Assembly (NCBI GenBank): GCA_965214935.1
Contig: CBDCCS010000016.1
Span: forward strand, 32,001-96,000
Source: Candidatus Velthaea sp.
GTDB taxonomy: Bacteria; Vulcanimicrobiota; Vulcanimicrobiia; Vulcanimicrobiales; Vulcanimicrobiaceae
Length of the DNA stretch: 64,000 bases
Reading direction: 5' to 3'
In this document: piece by piece, positions 60,726-64,000 of the stretch
Position numbering within the stretch: position 1 is the stretch's first letter
How the letters are laid out: every line of letters begins with the position of its first letter
The notes under the pieces: model-generated
Database searches by the model: none
What the model saw: the letters and a program-made list of their open reading frames with translations, nothing else
What the model was told of the DNA's origin: nothing
Translations under genes and position numbers: made by a program

Positions 60726-61391
60726 ATGTACCGCTGCATTGCCTTTGCACTCACCGCGCTGTTCGTTGCGCCGGCCGCCGCCAGCGCTCAATCGACGCCG
60801 TCTCCCATGACTGCCGCGGAAAATACGGCGGTGAACGATATTGCGAAAACGCTCAACAAGCGCTATCCGACGCCGGCGGACGCAATCAAAGCCGGATATG
60901 TGCGCTACACCAATGAGGATAAGACCGGCGCGATCAGTTACGCCGGAAAGAATTTCGATTCAACCTCCGAGGCGCAGCCCGCGCAGCTTTGGTACGACGT
61001 CAAAGGGCGCTTACTCGGCGCGGACTATTCGGAATTGACGGCCTCGCACCCGGCCGCTCGGGCGCTGTTCGGTATCAGCCCGGCGCGTTTCTTCGCCGAG
61101 GAAGCGCACATTCATTATGTTTTGAAAAACGCCGACGGCAGCCTCACCTATAGCCGCGCGGTCGGCTTCAGCAAGTATGCCGCGACCGGGCTTGACGCGA
61201 TGCATCCGACAGCGGCCGGCCTGGTCAAGCTGGGTACGGTGACTTCGCCGGATCAAGTTGCTGCGGTTTTCTTGTTTCCGAACATTTGGGACGTGACGGT
61301 CTGGGTGCTACCGAATCCGGCCGGCGCTTTCGCCGACGCGAATCCGACCGTCAAACCGTCGAAGATGCCGAGTTCGACGGACATGCAGTAG
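60726..61391 (+). CDS. Secreted hypothetical protein
   Basis: Signal peptide; YPT..DA..AGY, P.QLWY, NP.GAFA..NP. Confidence 0.75.
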   Translation: MYRCIAFALTALFVAPAAASAQSTPSPMTAAENTAVNDIAKTLNKRYPTPADAIKAGYVRYTNEDKTGAISYAGKNFDSTSEAQPAQLWYDVKGRLLGADYSELTASHPAARALFGISPARFFAEEAHIHYVLKNADGSLTYSRAVGFSKYAATGLDAMHPTAAGLVKLGTVTSPDQVAAVFLFPNIWDVTVWVLPNPAGAFADANPTVKPSKMPSSTDMQ

Positions 61392-61395
61392 GCGC

Positions 61396-62139
61396 GTGGC
61401 GTCGCTGCATCCCGTCGCGCTGATCACCGGAGCGTCTTCGGGCATCGGTGCAGCGATTGCGCGCGATCTCGGCGCGCGCGGCTACCATCTGGCCTTAGCG
61501 GCGCGCCGCAAGCCGGCGCTCGAAGAGGTGGCCGAAGCGGTGCGCGTCCATGGGGGAGCGGCGCTTTCGCTCGCGTGCGATCTCACGCAACCCGCGGAAA
61601 TCAGCCGCTGCGTCGAACAGACGATGCTCGAATTCGGCCGCATCGACGTGTTGGTGAACAACGCGGGCGTGATGCACAACGGGCTTGTGGCCGGCGCCGA
61701 CGTCGCCGAATGGCGAGCGATGATCGATGTCAATCTCATGGGCCTCATGCTCGTAACGCACGCCGTGCTGCCGCACATGCAAGCCGCCGCGCGCGGACAC
61801 ATCATCAACATGTCGTCGGTTGCCGGCCGCATTATTACGGTCGGAAACGCGGTTTATAACGTAACGAAGTGGGGCGTCAACGTTTTCTCCGAAGCGCTGC
61901 GCAAAGAGGTCGTCACCGACAACATCAAAGTAACAGTCGTCGGTCCGGGGATCGTCGATACGGATCTGTTTGAAAAGATTGCGAATCCCAAGGCACGGGC
62001 GACGTTTCAAGCCTATGCCGCGACGCTCGAACCATTGCAGGCGCAAGATGTCGCTGCGGCAGTTGCGTACGCACTCGAGCAGCCGCCGCATGTTGCCGTC
62101 AGCGAAGTTGTGCTGCGGCCCGCAAAGCAAGATCGCTAG
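61396..62139 (+). CDS. SDR-family oxidoreductase
   Basis: TGASSGIG, NNAG, SSVAG, YNVTK. Confidence 0.94.
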   Translation: MASLHPVALITGASSGIGAAIARDLGARGYHLALAARRKPALEEVAEAVRVHGGAALSLACDLTQPAEISRCVEQTMLEFGRIDVLVNNAGVMHNGLVAGADVAEWRAMIDVNLMGLMLVTHAVLPHMQAAARGHIINMSSVAGRIITVGNAVYNVTKWGVNVFSEALRKEVVTDNIKVTVVGPGIVDTDLFEKIANPKARATFQAYAATLEPLQAQDVAAAVAYALEQPPHVAVSEVVLRPAKQDR

Positions 62140-62166
62140 AAGCACCCCGTTTAGAAGCGCCTCGCG

Positions 62167-63336
62167 TCACTCGTTAGACCAGTAATCCTTGAGCGCTTTA
62201 CCGCGGCTGGGATGACGCAGCTTCCGTAACGCCTTGGCTTCGATCTGGCGAATACGTTCACGTGTAACGCCGAACTCTTGACCGACTTCTTCGAGCGTCC
62301 GCTGGTGACCGTCTTCCAGACCAAACCGCAGCACCAGAACTTTGCGCTCGCGCTCGGTCAGATTTTGCAGCACATCCTGCATCTTCTCTTTAAGCAACAT
62401 GACCGACGCCGCTTCGGCCGGCGCGACCGCTTCCTGATCTTCGATGAAGTCGCCGAGATGCGAGTCTTCTTCTTCGCCGATCGGCGTTTCGAGCGAGATC
62501 GGTTCCTGCGAGATTTTAATGACTTCGCGGACCTTCTCGGGTGTCAAACCCATCTCGCCGGCGATCTCTTCGACCGTCGGATCGCGGCCGAGTTCTTGCA
62601 GCAGCTGCCGCGAAATTTTGATCAGACGATTGATCGTCTCGACCATGTGAACCGGGATACGGATCGTCCGCGCTTGGTCGGCAAGTGCGCGCGTAATGGC
62701 TTGACGGATCCACCACGTTGCGTACGTTGAAAATTTGTAACCTTTGCGATAATCGAACTTCTCGACGGCCCGAATCAACCCGAGGTTGCCTTCTTGAATG
62801 AGGTCGAGAAAGAGCATCCCGCGTCCGACGTACTTCTTGGCGATCGATACGACAAGCCGTAAATTGGCTTCAGTCAGACGCCGCTTCGCATCCTCGCCGT
62901 GATAGATGATCGCGTTGTCGGCCGTGCCGTTTTTGAGCGCTTCTTTTTCGCCGGCTTCAATCGCCATCGCGAGCCGCTTTTCATCATCCATGGAAAGCAG
63001 CGGAACGCGGCCGATCTCTTTGAGATACATCCGGACCGGATCGTCGAGCGCCATCCCAGCCGGGATTGCCGCTTCGACCGGTTCCTCAGGCTCGGTTTCG
63101 GCCTTTTCTTCTTTTGCTTGCTCTTCGACGATCTCGATGCCTATCGACGCAATCTCTTCGAACAAATCATCAATGCGTTCGGGCCCGACATCATCGACGT
63201 TATCAAAAACCGCGTTTATTTCTTCGTACGTCAAAGAGCCGCGTTTCTTCCCGCGTTCGATGAGCTTCTTGATGAGCTCCTCGACCGGTACTTGCGGTGT
63301 ATCGACGGTAGCGGTCGCAGTTTTTTTACGAGCCAT
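62167..63336 (-). CDS. rpoD: RNA polymerase primary sigma factor
   Basis: [53 protein letters not shown]. Confidence 0.98.
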   Translation of the reverse strand: MARKKTATATVDTPQVPVEELIKKLIERGKKRGSLTYEEINAVFDNVDDVGPERIDDLFEEIASIGIEIVEEQAKEEKAETEPEEPVEAAIPAGMALDDPVRMYLKEIGRVPLLSMDDEKRLAMAIEAGEKEALKNGTADNAIIYHGEDAKRRLTEANLRLVVSIAKKYVGRGMLFLDLIQEGNLGLIRAVEKFDYRKGYKFSTYATWWIRQAITRALADQARTIRIPVHMVETINRLIKISRQLLQELGRDPTVEEIAGEMGLTPEKVREVIKISQEPISLETPIGEEEDSHLGDFIEDQEAVAPAEAASVMLLKEKMQDVLQNLTERERKVLVLRFGLEDGHQRTLEEVGQEFGVTRERIRQIEAKALRKLRHPSRGKALKDYWSNE

Positions 63337-63431
63337 ATGGTTTGTCACCCCCTTTGCTTTTGAGATCGTCATGTGCGGGTCGGAAAGCACGACACCGGAT
63401 GCAGTGTTGATTACGTTGTTCGACGCTGGGG

Positions 63432-64000
63432 CTATCCTTTCAGTTTTGTGGCCAACGCGATGTGTTCGGCGCGTAAATCACGGGGAATTGATTCGCCGGC
63501 CTCGACCAGCCGATTCACGTCGGCGTCCACCTCGCGATACCGGCGCTGCAGATCGTTTAGCACGAACCGCTCGATAACGCGATCGAGATATGCACGGCGC
63601 TCGTCCGTATTAGCGAAGCGAACGGTGACCGAACGCTCACCGGCGGCGATCGCAGCGTAAATGGCTAAGGCCTCGTCGTCTTCACGAAACACCGCATGAA
63701 CGTCCGAAGGTTGCAGGAGCTCCTCTCGACGTTCGATCAGCGTCGCGTAAATGCGCCGGAGCACCGTATGGCCGAAACGTTCGGGCACAATCCGCGCGGC
63801 ATACTCGCAGAGCAGTTGCGGTTCGTCGAAAACGATGGCCAGCACTTCGCGCTCGAACGACGGCGCATCGATGGTTCCGGGCACGACGTGCCGCGCATCG
63901 CGCACCGCTTTACCCGTGCGCGGTGCGAAATTTTGAGAGTTGAACACCAGGCGGCTTTTGCGCAAGTCGTCGACGTTGAGATCGAGCCGGCCCGCGATGT
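63432..64000 (-). CDS. dnaG: DNA primase, C-terminal part (5' end outside the window)
   Basis: Directly upstream of rpoD; helical ERE.L...F C-terminal domain pattern; catalytic core not visible. Confidence 0.65.
   Translation of the reverse strand, partial: IAGRLDLNVDDLRKSRLVFNSQNFAPRTGKAVRDARHVVPGTIDAPSFEREVLAIVFDEPQLLCEYAARIVPERFGHTVLRRIYATLIERREELLQPSDVHAVFREDDEALAIYAAIAAGERSVTVRFANTDERRAYLDRVIERFVLNDLQRRYREVDADVNRLVEAGESIPRDLRAEHIALATKLKG

Overview
High-GC bacterial chromosomal window. The gene style (short SigA, copper-amine-oxidase-N surface protein, many Pro-rich secreted hypotheticals) suggests a soil Terrabacteria lineage such as Vulcanimicrobiota/Eremiobacterota, but this is inference only. 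Most of it is core or housekeeping: trxB, tldD/pmbA, dacB, an M1 aminopeptidase, tRNA-Leu(GAG), ahpC/fur, oppBC, proline dehydrogenase and dnaG-rpoD. Two visibly lower-GC accessory patches lie at ~21.7-27.9 kb (possibly from ~16.7 kb) and ~35.5-38.15 kb. The most striking unexplained signal is a recurring ~23-bp imperfect palindrome (..AAA(A)GG-NNN-CCTTTT(G/C)..). It sits just after the 3' ends of most accessory genes, in one orientation regardless of gene strand, and three inverted copies lie next to a truncated Hin/Pin-type serine recombinase. This suggests a decaying recombinase-built cassette array. Other highlights: a translationally coupled mntP-kamB-kamC-kce operon with no B12 aminomutase in the window, a dimethylargininase-fold protein lacking the catalytic His/Cys inside a MocR/OmpR operon, a hybrid kinase with an apparently light-blind phytochrome module, and a papain-like/S1/TM fusion protein. 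No CRISPR array, rRNA or intact transposase/integrase was seen. All calls come from reading the sequence by eye; no searches were run.
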